From: an uncultured delta proteobacterium | GTDB lineage: Bacteria; Desulfobacterota; Syntrophia; Syntrophales; UBA2185 | DNA length: 64,000 nucleotides | Direction: 5' to 3' | Assembly (NCBI GenBank): GCA_963729715.1 | Contig: CAVSPA010000003.1 | Span: 288,001-352,000 of the forward strand | Part shown: one piece after another, positions 21,648 to 32,398 of the stretch | Position numbering within the stretch: position 1 is the stretch's first letter | Layout: each line of letters opens with the position of its first letter | Position numbers and translations under genes: made by a program | The notes under the pieces: model-generated | Told to the model about the DNA's origin: nothing | Database searches by the model: none | What the model saw: the letters and a program-made list of their open reading frames with translations, nothing else

Positions 21648-23576
21648 TCAGAAAAAGATGTTCCAAGATAGGCTTGCTTCGGTGTTGCTCACGCTGTAGG
21701 CCCTTTGCCAGGTAATACCAACCCTGAGACTCCTGTTTGTCATGTAAGCGAAGTCTGTCTTCAGCGAAAGTTCGAGTGCATTGTGACTGTCCCCGAGAAC
21801 GTAGTCGATATCACGGGCATATAGATGGAACTTCCACTGGTCCCCCATGGATCGTATCATCCCTATAGACCCTCCCGTGCCGATGGCATAGAACTCATCC
21901 GAACGCCCGCCCAGGTCGGCCTCCACCTCGCCCATTATGTACAAGAGACCGAAAAGTTCATTTTTCCAGCTAAAACCACCTCCCGTGGTCAAGTCGTAGA
22001 TGAGCTGGTCTGCGCCGTCCGAGCCCAACCGCTGGCTGAATCCTGTCCGAACCTTCCAAGAAACAGGCGTGAAAAAGTCATCTCGGGGCGAGAGCGAGAT
22101 TATGTCCACGAGATCGAAATTCTGAAGCTTCAATCTTGCACTCTCGAAATAGTATCTTAACCCCAAGCTGGTGAAAACGATCTGGCTCCCTTCGACATAT
22201 CCCCGGTCGTTGTCAAGAAGGTCGTGGTAAGCCGGTCGATAAAGAACCTCCATGAAGCTATCGTCTTCCCTGATCCCCATACCGACTGAGAACTTATTCG
22301 AGAGATGGCCCTCGTCAGGCCTCTTTGGGATAGGAATCACGTAGTCTTCTTCTCCCGCTCCGCCAAATTGGCTGCGCACTTCGAGGATTTTCAGGAAATG
22401 TTCCGAAAATGCCTCGTTGGTGAGGTTCTTAGTCGCATACCGGTACTGTAGATACTCGCTTGCGAGATCTGTAGTCACGATCTTTCTTTCAGGAACAGCG
22501 TCAAGGGAAATAATCCGCTCCGGCGCCCATTCTCCCAATGCGATACTGCGGGCCATCTTTCGGTTCTCTTCAGGAAGGAGCGAGGAAAGGTGCCGGATCT
22601 TCGTTGCCAGTGACGGGCGGTATGTCACGCCGACTACAAGCCCGTTTCGTTGCACAACCCGAATACTATCTAATGGGATCACCCAAGGGCTGCACTGGTC
22701 CGTGAGCAACAGGTCCGGTCGGGCGGCATCGATGAGAAAGAAGAGAACATAGGAGCAGTTCTCATCGAAAAAGTAATAGTCGGCGTAGATCTGATCCATT
22801 TCGTAGGCATGCATCAAAAGGCGAAGGATCTCTTCACGGTTGAGATTGAGACGGTATTCCCAGATGTCTCGCTGCTCAATGTCGTTATACTCCTTAAGCT
22901 TTGTGTAATAGGGCATTATGGAAAAGTAACCGGGATAGAACCCGAAGATGCCTTTGACGGCATAGAGGGGACCGAAAGTCTCGTTCGTGACGGCGGTGTA
23001 ATTGACAGCATAGGCCAAAAGGCGGGTATGGTGGGCCGTATCGACCGTTAGAAGGGTGTGACCGAACATCGATGCAGGGCTGTTTATATGCGCTGAAGGA
23101 AAGATGAGGCTTACCGCTTCGGGCTGCATCTCCTTTATAATTGTATTGAAGCGCCCGCATTCGGACAAGGGGAGTTTCGCCGGGTCGATATTCAGTTTTT
23201 CTTTAAGCCAGGAAAAGCGGGCGACAAACCGGCAGATGGGATGTTTCGCTTCGTCCTCGAGAGGCTGGAAAAAGGCACGGATTGTCGCATCGAGTTCGGC
23301 ATCCGGGTTGCTCTTTCCCAGGGGGGAAAGGAAGAATTTTGGGTCATCAACAAGGCTTCTAAACCCGCTGACTCCCTGCCTGTAATGCAGGAGAATAAAC
23401 CAGTAGGGATCTTTTGCAAGACCCGAGTCGCGGGCCTGATTGACGAGTTGTTTGATGTAGATTGACTCATCCGCCCAGGCAGCCGGCGAAGCGGGCATAA
23501 TGACCCAGAACAAAACAAAATGAAAGAGGATGCAACCGTTCTTTCGTAAAAGCCGCATCCCCTTCAGGTTCATCAT
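21648..23576 (-). CDS. DUF4105 (Lnb N-terminal-like) domain protein with C-terminal beta-barrel
   Basis: Signal peptide, SMFGHTLL and YYFFDENCS His/Cys motifs, aromatic C-terminus WNIFF. Confidence 0.8.
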   Translation of the reverse strand: MMNLKGMRLLRKNGCILFHFVLFWVIMPASPAAWADESIYIKQLVNQARDSGLAKDPYWFILLHYRQGVSGFRSLVDDPKFFLSPLGKSNPDAELDATIRAFFQPLEDEAKHPICRFVARFSWLKEKLNIDPAKLPLSECGRFNTIIKEMQPEAVSLIFPSAHINSPASMFGHTLLTVDTAHHTRLLAYAVNYTAVTNETFGPLYAVKGIFGFYPGYFSIMPYYTKLKEYNDIEQRDIWEYRLNLNREEILRLLMHAYEMDQIYADYYFFDENCSYVLFFLIDAARPDLLLTDQCSPWVIPLDSIRVVQRNGLVVGVTYRPSLATKIRHLSSLLPEENRKMARSIALGEWAPERIISLDAVPERKIVTTDLASEYLQYRYATKNLTNEAFSEHFLKILEVRSQFGGAGEEDYVIPIPKRPDEGHLSNKFSVGMGIREDDSFMEVLYRPAYHDLLDNDRGYVEGSQIVFTSLGLRYYFESARLKLQNFDLVDIISLSPRDDFFTPVSWKVRTGFSQRLGSDGADQLIYDLTTGGGFSWKNELFGLLYIMGEVEADLGGRSDEFYAIGTGGSIGMIRSMGDQWKFHLYARDIDYVLGDSHNALELSLKTDFAYMTNRSLRVGITWQRAYSVSNTEASLSWNIFF

Positions 23577-23587
23577 GAAGCGACCCG

Positions 23588-24058
23588 TTACATGTAGGCT
23601 ACAAGGGCTTCGATGTTGTTTAGCACGTCGATGTGCGTAACATTTTTAGAGGTGTAGATTTTGGAAAAGTTCGACTGGAGCGTTTCGCAGAAAGGAGTGC
23701 GTTGCCCTTCGGAGACCCCAATCAGCACCGCCAGGGTATTCACGTATTCGCCATTTCCACGGGCAATGTCTCTGGCCAGGTTGTCCATGTTCGCCGCCAC
23801 GAAGTCGAGCAACTTCTGGTTGGAGGTATAGTTCTTGGGACGCTCGCAGTTGGAGGTCCCGGACGTAATACCAAAGGTCTGGTTGCCGAAGGTACCGTTA
23901 GTCGTAACAGCAAAAGTCTGGGAAGACAAGCCGTCCTGATTTTCGAAGAGAATGGAGCCTAGGCCACACCCCGTGTTCTTCTCGTTTAGGGCAAACGCCG
24001 TTCCGGAAAGGACTATGACGAAAGTAATTACCATGACTAAGACGACACTTTTTCTCAT
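23588..24058 (-). CDS. DUF3015-family secreted protein
   Basis: GCGLGS...TTNGT...TFGITSGTSNC, NLARDIARGNGEY; GGAGG RBS. Confidence 0.85.
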   Translation of the reverse strand: MRKSVVLVMVITFVIVLSGTAFALNEKNTGCGLGSILFENQDGLSSQTFAVTTNGTFGNQTFGITSGTSNCERPKNYTSNQKLLDFVAANMDNLARDIARGNGEYVNTLAVLIGVSEGQRTPFCETLQSNFSKIYTSKNVTHIDVLNNIEALVAYM

Positions 24059-24562
24059 TAGACCCTCCTCCTTTTTAAGTTGATGTACATAGAGCTATCA
24101 CAGGATTCAAATCTTGTCCAACCAAAATATCCGGTTCACCTGAGGACGCTGTATAAGCTACTTTTTCTGTGATAGTCGATACAGACCTCCTTCTTATCTT
24201 GACTGGAAGTTCTTCAAGTGAAGGTTGGATGATACTGACTCTGCCTATTACTATTCTCCATCGTAACGATATGAAATATTTTTACCGACAGCAATTAAAA
24301 AAGACACCATTACAGTAGTCAACGATCTGAAAATTCATGTTTCAAAACCTTTGTTGGCCGTCTGCTCGTCATTGGCTCTGCTTTTTTACGTGTCAACGAT
24401 AACCGATTGTAATCTTCTACTCGATAAGCAATTGGCATTTTGACCAAGGAAGGCAGCCGCAGGCTGCATGTGATGGGAATAAGCTGCCAAGGAATAGCAT
24501 GTTTACACTCGGTAATGCGCAAGCGTGATCAATGAAAAAATGAAACAAGCCGGTTGTTGGTG

Positions 24563-24580
24563 CCACCTACCTATACGTAA
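24563..24580 (+). repeat. 18-bp direct repeat copy 1 (CCACCTACCTATACGTAA)
   Basis: Identical to 28628-28645. Confidence 0.85.
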
Positions 24581-24639
24581 AAATGTAAATCTTAAAAATT
24601 AATGAATACTGTTTGTACTGTTTAATATGCCGCCATCCA

Positions 24640-27600
24640 TTATCTATTCAACTCTTTCTTTACGGCAAGCCCCAGTTTCTCGATGACATAGGGCTTTCTT
24701 ATATAGGCGCCCGCACCGAGTGACTGTGCAACATGCACCCTCTCCGTTTCCGAAAAACCGCTCACAATAATTGCCTTCTGGTCCTTGCGTATTTCAAGAA
24801 TCCTCTGGTACGTTTCTAATCCGTCGATACCGGGATCCATGATCATGTCCAGGATGAGCAAATCAACCGGCTGTTTTTTCACAAACTCTACTGCCTCTTT
24901 ACCGCCTGCGACAGAGTCTACCTTGTATCCGAGGCTCTCCAGCATTGCTGATGCTAAAAGGCGTTGGCCTTCCACGTCATCTACAACCAGAATGTGCTCG
25001 CCCCTGCCCATGTATTCGCTCTGGGGAAGGGTCCGTTCAATCTTGGTCAAGGCTTCTCTGGTCACGGGGAAATATAGAGTAAAGATACTCCCTTCACCCT
25101 CTGTGCTTTGTACATCAATGTACCCATCGTGATCTTTCACGGTGCCCCACACAACTGCCAGTCCGAGCCCCGTGCCGCTCCTGCCCATCACCTTCTTCGT
25201 ATAGAAAGGCTCGAAGATCCTTCCGAGATCCGCTGGTGATATTCCCGATCCCGTATCCGATACGGTAAGCACAGCATATTCTCCTTCCTGTGTGGTGTCA
25301 TACCCGTGAATCGGCCTGTCCACGTAACGGTTCTCAGTCCTGATCAGCACCTCTCCCGACCCGGATATCGCCTCCGCAGCGTTTGAAAGCAAATTCATGA
25401 CCGTCTTATTTAGATGTGTAGATGAACCTTTCATATTCAAGAGCTCGGCGTCCAGGGATGTTTTAAATTGGACGCCAGGATGATGTGACTTAATTGCCTC
25501 AAACTCTGGCATCTGCAAAAAATCCGAAATAACCCTGTTCAGATTCACTGCCTCTGAGACCAGCACGCCTCTCCGGGTAAGTGTAAGCAAATCCTGGATG
25601 ATTGCCGCTGCACGCTGTCCTCCTTTGAAAATCTGCATTGCGTGTCTTTGAAAGGGGCTGTCCTGGGGGACGTTTTGCATAAGAAGCTCAGAATACCCCA
25701 CTAGGACTCCAAGAACGTTATTGAGGTCATGGGCCACTCCGCCTGCCAAAGTCCCTAATGCCTGCATCTTCTCGGCTCGCTGCAGACGCTCCTCCAATAG
25801 TCGCCGTTCGCCCTCCGCCCGTTTCCGCTCGGTGATATCAACGTTTACGCTCATGACACCGTACACAAAGCCTTGAGAATCACGCAGGGGCGCTGTCGAG
25901 ACGCTGATATCTATGGGAGCACCATCCTTCTTCCGGCGGCGGGCCTCAACATCGGTGAAGCCTTCGCCCAGCAGCACACGCTCGCGAAGTTTGAGATGCT
26001 CGTCTCGTTTATCTTCAGAAATATAGGGGAGAAACTGCCCCAAGACTTCGCTTTCAAGCCAGCCAAACATCTTTTCTGCAGCGGGATTCCATCTCGTAAC
26101 GTTCCCTTCAGGATCAAACGATATGATAGCAAGCGGTGAGGATTGGATTATTGCGCCAAGGGTTTCATTCGTCTCATTCAGAGCTTCTTCAGCACGCTTG
26201 CGGTCCGTGATGTCGCGTATGGATTCTATGGCCCCAACGATATTCCCCGCAGCATTGCGCAATCTCGAAGCCGCGCCAGATAAATAAGCGCCTTTCCCTC
26301 CGTATGTTTTTGGAACATAAGTTTCCCCGTAAATTGTATCCGTACTCCTTTGAGCAATATCATACTTTCCCTTCTCAAATTCAGCATCCGGTGAAAGGGC
26401 AAGATCGATGAAAATCGGCCTTCGTTCACCATAAAAGGGGAGCGCATATTCATATTCTCCCTTGCCAATCATCTCCGCCTTGGGAACCCCGGTCATCTGT
26501 TCTATGGCTCTGTTCCAGGCGATGACTTTACTATCCGCGTCAATCACGAACGTGGCATCCGGTAAGAACTCGATGATTTCATCCAGGCGCCTGTGCGCTT
26601 CACGAAGTTTCTCCTCTGCTCGCTTGCGTTCAGTGATATCATCAACCATTCCTTCATAGTAAAGTATCCTTCCTTCATTATCACGTACCGTGCGGGCGTT
26701 GTTGGATACCCAGATGATGTTCCCATTTTTCTTGCGAATCTGATACTCATACTTCTCAATGCGGTCATGTTTCTGAAGCGTTTCCTTAAAAAACTCTCTA
26801 TCATACGGATTCTCATATACCTGTGTGGAAATGTCAGTGACGATTTGGACCATGTCCTCAGCAGATTCATAGCCATAGATACTGGCCATGGCAGGATTCA
26901 CATGGAGGAACTTTCCATCCGGCGTGCTCTGATAAATGCCTTCCGAGGCGTTTTCGAAGATGCTACGGTAGCTCTCTTCCGCTTTTTTGAGTTCCTGTTC
27001 GGCCAGCTTGCGCTCGGTGATATCGCGGGCAATGCACCGAAAACCAATTGCTTCTCCTTCCGAATTTTTCATGAGATTCAAGGATAATTCCATGTTGCGG
27101 GTTTGTTTGTCTTTCCTGATCAACTCAAAGTCATAGAGACTCCCCTTTTCTCCTGTCTTGTAAATATTGTTATAGACAGCGCGCAGTATTGTCACTGTTT
27201 CCGGCGAGGCATATTGCCTGTAATTCATATTCACTAATTCGCTTTGGGAATAACCAGAAATACTACAGGTGGAATCATTGCAGAACTTCATATTTCCCTT
27301 CAAATCGATCTCAAAATAGCCCTCAGCCATATTCTCCAGAATGTTGCGGTACTTCTCTTCGCTTTCACGCATCGATTGCTCACTCTTTACGAGGCTGTTA
27401 TATTGCGCTCGCATTTGCTCATCTGCCGCTCTGAGCTGTTGGTAGGCCTTACGCAACTCGTTATCTGCCCTCTTGCGCTCAGTGATGTCATGCACGATGC
27501 CCGTCGAAAGGATTCGATCGTTCGGTTCATGGAAGTAGCGACTATTGAGAATACCACAGAACTCACTGCCGTTCTTGCGCTTTATCTGTAATTCGATGCT

Positions 27601-28320
27601 ATCCGGGACCGGCTCACCCGCAAGGACTTTGGAATGCCTTTGTATAAGGGATCTCTGACTTTCCTCGGTGAGGAATTGCACGGAGTCCATCGATAGAAAT
27701 TCTTTTCTGGTATAGCCGGTGTACTGACACATGGCATCGTTTACGCTCAAGAACCTTCGCGCTGTTAAATCGATCTCGTAGATACCGGTAGGCGCATGCT
27801 TGACAAGATACCTGTATTTCTCCTCGCTCTCGAGCAGCGCTTTCTCTGCCCGCTTGCGTTCGGTGATATCCTGGTATGTTACCTGAAACTGTCTTTCACC
27901 GTCCCACAATATTTCCTTGCGGTAGACCTGGAGATTGCGGACTTCACCATCTTTTCTGATAATGCTTATCTCGTATTCGGACGGGACATAATCGCCTCGT
28001 TTTCTTTTTTCCCTTCTTATCTTGTACTCGGCATAGCTCTCAGGGGTATAGCGCTTCTTTAGGGGGATTGTGTTCAAATCCTCATAGCTGTAGATATCCA
28101 AAATCGCCCGATTGGCATAAATGGTCTCACCGTCTATGGTCACGATACGTATCCCCAGCGGGGAATCATCCAGAGAACGGCGGAAGTTCTCTTCAGCTCG
28201 GCGTAGCGCTTCCTCATTCCGTTTTCGCTCTGATTCTGATTGTTCCAGTTCTTTGATTCTCCGCTTTAGAGAAGCCAGTTCCTGGATCAGTACCTGCTTT
28301 GTCTTGAATTGATCTTTCAT
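24640..28320 (-). CDS. Hybrid sensor histidine kinase (6 PAS/PAC, HisKA, HATPase, receiver)
   Basis: Six DIT(E/D)RK linkers, AHDLNN, DTGSGI, GTGLGL, VVDD..DMIM..KP. Confidence 0.95.
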   Translation of the reverse strand: MKDQFKTKQVLIQELASLKRRIKELEQSESERKRNEEALRRAEENFRRSLDDSPLGIRIVTIDGETIYANRAILDIYSYEDLNTIPLKKRYTPESYAEYKIRREKRKRGDYVPSEYEISIIRKDGEVRNLQVYRKEILWDGERQFQVTYQDITERKRAEKALLESEEKYRYLVKHAPTGIYEIDLTARRFLSVNDAMCQYTGYTRKEFLSMDSVQFLTEESQRSLIQRHSKVLAGEPVPDSIELQIKRKNGSEFCGILNSRYFHEPNDRILSTGIVHDITERKRADNELRKAYQQLRAADEQMRAQYNSLVKSEQSMRESEEKYRNILENMAEGYFEIDLKGNMKFCNDSTCSISGYSQSELVNMNYRQYASPETVTILRAVYNNIYKTGEKGSLYDFELIRKDKQTRNMELSLNLMKNSEGEAIGFRCIARDITERKLAEQELKKAEESYRSIFENASEGIYQSTPDGKFLHVNPAMASIYGYESAEDMVQIVTDISTQVYENPYDREFFKETLQKHDRIEKYEYQIRKKNGNIIWVSNNARTVRDNEGRILYYEGMVDDITERKRAEEKLREAHRRLDEIIEFLPDATFVIDADSKVIAWNRAIEQMTGVPKAEMIGKGEYEYALPFYGERRPIFIDLALSPDAEFEKGKYDIAQRSTDTIYGETYVPKTYGGKGAYLSGAASRLRNAAGNIVGAIESIRDITDRKRAEEALNETNETLGAIIQSSPLAIISFDPEGNVTRWNPAAEKMFGWLESEVLGQFLPYISEDKRDEHLKLRERVLLGEGFTDVEARRRKKDGAPIDISVSTAPLRDSQGFVYGVMSVNVDITERKRAEGERRLLEERLQRAEKMQALGTLAGGVAHDLNNVLGVLVGYSELLMQNVPQDSPFQRHAMQIFKGGQRAAAIIQDLLTLTRRGVLVSEAVNLNRVISDFLQMPEFEAIKSHHPGVQFKTSLDAELLNMKGSSTHLNKTVMNLLSNAAEAISGSGEVLIRTENRYVDRPIHGYDTTQEGEYAVLTVSDTGSGISPADLGRIFEPFYTKKVMGRSGTGLGLAVVWGTVKDHDGYIDVQSTEGEGSIFTLYFPVTREALTKIERTLPQSEYMGRGEHILVVDDVEGQRLLASAMLESLGYKVDSVAGGKEAVEFVKKQPVDLLILDMIMDPGIDGLETYQRILEIRKDQKAIIVSGFSETERVHVAQSLGAGAYIRKPYVIEKLGLAVKKELNR

Positions 28321-28627
28321 CGGGTTGCCCCCGTATTAGAAAATCGGCGTAGGTTGGGAAAGAAAGGTGAAGTATTCTTTTGCGAGACAATTAAATTGCT
28401 CGAAAGCTACCGGATACTTGTTGAGATGTCAAATGGAATATAGTCCATCAGATGCTGTTTACCACTTGATATCAGCAATATTTTTTGACTCTACCAGGTT
28501 ATTGATAGATAAAGGAAGGTCTCTATTTTTGTCGTCAGTAAAGAAATGGAAATTTTAGGTCTGCATGTTTCAACCGGTACTGCCTGAGATAGATCAATGG
28601 AAGTATTAAATGTACCGGCTCTCGTGT

Positions 28628-28645
28628 CCACCTACCTATACGTAA
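28628..28645 (+). repeat. 18-bp direct repeat copy 2
   Basis: Identical to 24563-24580. Confidence 0.85.
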
Positions 28646-28697
28646 CTCTACGTTATCTATAAAAGATAATGATTATTGGTAGAAATGTGCAATAAGA

Positions 28698-28726
28698 AAA
28701 GGCAGAGCCGAGTTGACCCTGCCTTT
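28698..28726. terminator. Hairpin/terminator-like repeat
   Basis: AAAGGCAG...CTGCCTTT inverted repeat, followed by a T-rich run on the minus strand. Confidence 0.5.
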
Positions 28727-28786
28727 CCAGATTTAGCTTACAATCCTCTCACAAAATATGTACTGACTGCATGTCCTCTTCACGGT

Positions 28787-29041
28787 TCATTTCTCATCCA
28801 CAAAAAACCGACCTGTTTCTTTCATGGCTGGGGTGAATATCGAAAGTAATACAGGATGTTCTTTGCCGGGTTTCACATCAACGTTCTCCCCGGTCTTCGG
28901 ATTCCTTCCCGTATAAGGTTTATAATCCCTCACAGAGAAAACCCCCAATCCCCTGAGGTCAATTCTCCCGCCATTTTTTAGAGTGTCGGTAAATCCGTCA
29001 AAGATGAGATTGATGATGTCATCTTTTGTTTGTAATATCAT
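28787..29041 (-). pseudogene. HU/IHF-beta family fragment
   Basis: GGRIDLRGLGVFSVRDYKPYTGRNPKTGE; N-terminal helix missing and C-terminus diverges. Confidence 0.7.
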
Positions 29042-29063
29042 GCCGCCTCTAGTCTTTTGCGGG

Positions 29064-29519
29064 TCATCTCCCTGTTTTCGTCGGAAGAGGTTCCCCCGCT
29101 CGGTCCAAGTCCATCGGCCGATAGGATGGATCATCGTATCTGTAGACGTCCTTGACGAACTTCCCGACTTTTCCGAGAGAGGCCGCCACTCCCAGCGTTG
29201 CGAGAATAATGGCAAACAGGACCGCTAGGATGCGGATCGTTATCTTTTTTCTCTTCAGTTGCCGGGTGTATTCAACGAGCCGGATGTTATTTTCATTCAG
29301 CTTTTCCAGATTCTTCTTAAGCATCGAATCGTGCCACTTGATCGTCCGGTATTTGTCATCCAGTTCTGCCGTGAGTGCCTGACATTCGTGGTTCCTGTTT
29401 AAAAGCTCTTCTTCCATCCGCTTGAGCTCGGCATCTGATTTTTCCAAGGCGGCAATTTGCTCGCGCATCTCTCGCAGTTCGCTTATCAGCTGCTCTCTCG
29501 TTTTATCCTCATCTCTCAT
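29064..29519 (-). CDS. Coiled-coil single-TM hypothetical protein
   Basis: MRDEDKTREQLISEL leader, coiled coil, TM IRILAVLFAIILATLGVAASL. Confidence 0.65.
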   Translation of the reverse strand: MRDEDKTREQLISELREMREQIAALEKSDAELKRMEEELLNRNHECQALTAELDDKYRTIKWHDSMLKKNLEKLNENNIRLVEYTRQLKRKKITIRILAVLFAIILATLGVAASLGKVGKFVKDVYRYDDPSYRPMDLDRAGEPLPTKTGR

Positions 29520-29647
29520 GCTCTGTGCCTCAATTTCTTCGCTTCGGGTTCCTGTGTCTGCCGGCTATTAAGCATCAAATCTTTATACAACATAAAACCT
29601 AAAAAAGACAAACCAAGGATCATGATGGTGAAAGTGTAGAGTTTCAT
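29516..29647 (-). CDS. Small 43-aa membrane protein (not in ORF track)
   Basis: GGAGG RBS; MKLYTFTIMILGLSFLGFMLYKD...; stop overlaps next start (ATGA). Confidence 0.6.
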   Translation of the reverse strand: MKLYTFTIMILGLSFLGFMLYKDLMLNSRQTQEPEAKKLRHRA

Positions 29648-30047
29648 GATTTCTGTCCTCCATTAGTGGGGATAGAAACTCTATGTTGACTGCGGTTTCC
29701 ATTTGAACTTTGATTATTAGTGTTTTCATCAGAAATCTACAATAGAGATGAGTGATCATAGGTTAACGCTTTCAGTCAATATTGAATGCCGTTTGAAACA
29801 AAGTATGCCTGTGAAAATCGTCAGAGGCTTGACTTCAGGAAGATAGGGAGATGTAATATGAATGGAAAATAAGCCGTTAAATCTTTGCGCCTTTCATCCC
29901 GTTTTCAATGAGCTGCTCCGGCAATGCGGCCAGCACATTTGTATTTGCTATACCTAAGTGTGCCACGAAGGTGCATGGAAGGTGAGGGAAGGCCCCTCGG
30001 GGCCGGCTTACCGGCAAACTCCTGGACGCTCATAATTTTCCTACCTA

Positions 30048-30797
30048 TTATCTTTTCACCTTCGCCTGTACCGCCGCTGCCTCAATCGCCTCCTTTACCT
30101 TTTCAGGATCGCCGAGATAGTAATGTCGTATCGGTTTCAGGGCATCGTCGAACTCATAGACAAGGGGCATGCCTGTGGGAATATTCACTCCTGGAATGAC
30201 GTCATCGGGGATGTCGTCCAAGTGTTTGACTAGGGCGCGGAGGCTGTTCCCATGGGCGCTTACGAGAACCCTCTTCCCTGACCTGACCGCAGGCACGATA
30301 AGATTATGCCAGCAGGGCAGAAAACGCTCTACGGTATCTTTCAGGCATTCCGTTAAGGGTAGCTGCACCTTCGTGAGTCCTTTGTATCGAGGGTCGTGGC
30401 CTGGATAACGTGGATCGCTTTCTTCCAGCGCCGGGGGCCGGACATCATAACTTCGCCGCCAGAGTCTCACCTGATCTTCCCCATATTCCTCCGCCGTCTG
30501 AGCCTTATTGAGTCCCTGCAGCGCCCCGTAGTGGCGTTCGTTCAACCTCCAGTCGTGATGGCTGGGGAGCCACATAATGTCCATCTTATCAATAACGAGC
30601 CAGAGAGTCCGGATGGCGCGTTTCAAAACGGACGTGAAGGCAATATCAAATGCAAACCCCTGTTCTTTAAGGATACGACCGGCCTCTTTTGCTTCCTCGA
30701 AACCCTTTTCCGAGAGATCCACATCGGTCCATCCGGTAAAGAGGTTTTCTTTATTCCAGGTGCTTTCGCCATGACGGAGCAGTACGATCTTTTTCAT
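30048..30797 (-). CDS. gpmA: 2,3-BPG-dependent phosphoglycerate mutase
   Basis: [26 protein letters not shown]. Confidence 0.97.
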   Translation of the reverse strand: MKKIVLLRHGESTWNKENLFTGWTDVDLSEKGFEEAKEAGRILKEQGFAFDIAFTSVLKRAIRTLWLVIDKMDIMWLPSHHDWRLNERHYGALQGLNKAQTAEEYGEDQVRLWRRSYDVRPPALEESDPRYPGHDPRYKGLTKVQLPLTECLKDTVERFLPCWHNLIVPAVRSGKRVLVSAHGNSLRALVKHLDDIPDDVIPGVNIPTGMPLVYEFDDALKPIRHYYLGDPEKVKEAIEAAAVQAKVKR

Positions 30798-32242
30798 TTC
30801 GCATCTTCCTTTGTTTCACCTCTAAGCTCAATGATCTCCATGCGGTTGTTTGCCTCCGAGTGTCTCGATGATGGTCCTTCTGTCAGTATCACGAGATCTC
30901 CCTTCACCTCGTGGGTCAGCAACCAATCCCTTACATAAGCATTCCAGCCTTCAGGATGCTCGGGCTCGTACACCGGATAGACTCCACTGGTGAACAGGAG
31001 TCGCTGACAGGAATCCTCCCGGGAACTTACCCCAACAATCCACACGGGGAGCTTGAACCGGGCTATGGACCGCGCCGTTGTGCCGCTGTGGGTCGGAACA
31101 AATACGGCTGCGGGGGTGATGCGCTCCAAAGCCGCTTCGACGCTCAAGGCGATCAGATCCGTGACACTGACCGGGCCAGTACGTTCATGAGTTGTGAGAG
31201 CCTCTTTGAGACCGTGGCGGGAACGGTATGGCTCTGTTGCTGCGGCAATCTTCGCCAGCATGGTTACGGCATCCACGGGATATTTGCCCATGGCTGACTC
31301 TTCGGAAAGCATGACGCAGTCCGTGCCGTCAAGCACCGCATTGGCCACATCGGTAGCCTCCGCTCGAGTGGGACGTCGGTTATCCGTCATAGACTCCAAC
31401 ATCTGCGTGGCCGTGATGACTGGTTTTCTCGCTCTGTTTGCACTGTGAATGAGGCGCTTCTGAACAATGGCAATCTGCTCAATGGGTATTTCCACACCGA
31501 GGTCTCCTCGTGCGATCATGATGGCGTCCGCTGCTTCGATGATATCGTCCATGTGTTCCAATGCTCTTGAGCGTTCAATTTTCGCAATTATGAAGGGGTT
31601 GTATCCCAACTCAGCCGCGTACTCCCGTACAGCAACAACATCCGCAGCACTTTCCACAAAGGACTGACTGATCGCATCCACTCCCTGTTCAAGAGCAAAT
31701 GAAAGGCATTCGCGGTCGTAATCGGTGAAGGCGCTAATCCCGAGGTCGATGCCGGGCAGGTTGAGTCCCTTGTGGGAGCGCAATTCTCCACCTACAAGGA
31801 CCCGGCAGATGACCTCATTAGCCTCCACTTTTACTGCTTCAAGCTGTATAAGGCCGTCATTCAGAAACAGGGTATCACCGGGATTAACCGATTCCGGGAG
31901 ACGGTCAAAGCTAACCGACGCCCGTGTGGCATCTCCAACAATGTCCTGGGTCGTAAGGGTAAAAGAAGCCCTAGGCTGCAAATTAACCGGTTCATTTGCC
32001 AGATGGCCTATCCTTATCTTCGGGCCAGGCAGATCTGCCATGATGGCGATTCGTCGTCCCGCTGCAAGGGCCGAGGCGCGGAGGTTGTCGATAACCTGCT
32101 TATGACCGCCAAAATTGCCATGCGAGAAATTGAGCCGGGCCACATTCATACCGGCCTGTATCATCTCTGCCATGCATTCTCGCGATTCCGATGCCGGTCC
32201 AATGGTGGCCACAATTTTAGTCTTCTGTTCCGGAAGCTTCAT
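30794..32242 (-). CDS. pyk: Pyruvate kinase
   Basis: [38 protein letters not shown]. Confidence 0.97.
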   Translation of the reverse strand: MKLPEQKTKIVATIGPASESRECMAEMIQAGMNVARLNFSHGNFGGHKQVIDNLRASALAAGRRIAIMADLPGPKIRIGHLANEPVNLQPRASFTLTTQDIVGDATRASVSFDRLPESVNPGDTLFLNDGLIQLEAVKVEANEVICRVLVGGELRSHKGLNLPGIDLGISAFTDYDRECLSFALEQGVDAISQSFVESAADVVAVREYAAELGYNPFIIAKIERSRALEHMDDIIEAADAIMIARGDLGVEIPIEQIAIVQKRLIHSANRARKPVITATQMLESMTDNRRPTRAEATDVANAVLDGTDCVMLSEESAMGKYPVDAVTMLAKIAAATEPYRSRHGLKEALTTHERTGPVSVTDLIALSVEAALERITPAAVFVPTHSGTTARSIARFKLPVWIVGVSSREDSCQRLLFTSGVYPVYEPEHPEGWNAYVRDWLLTHEVKGDLVILTEGPSSRHSEANNRMEIIELRGETKEDAK

Positions 32243-32398
32243 AATAAGCCTGCACCTCCCCGGACACGATCTGCCCGTTAATTCAATGAGACTTGGCCTT
32301 TTTCAGGGCAACGCCCAAGAAAAAGGCCATGGGCGCATTGACCTCGTAAGATAGATCACCTTACCTCTTTACTGCAAAATTATATCTTTTTTTCTTTA

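Noticed and set aside
24319..24522. Short ORF as integrase remnant
   Set aside because: No serine or tyrosine recombinase motif recognised in the frames inspected
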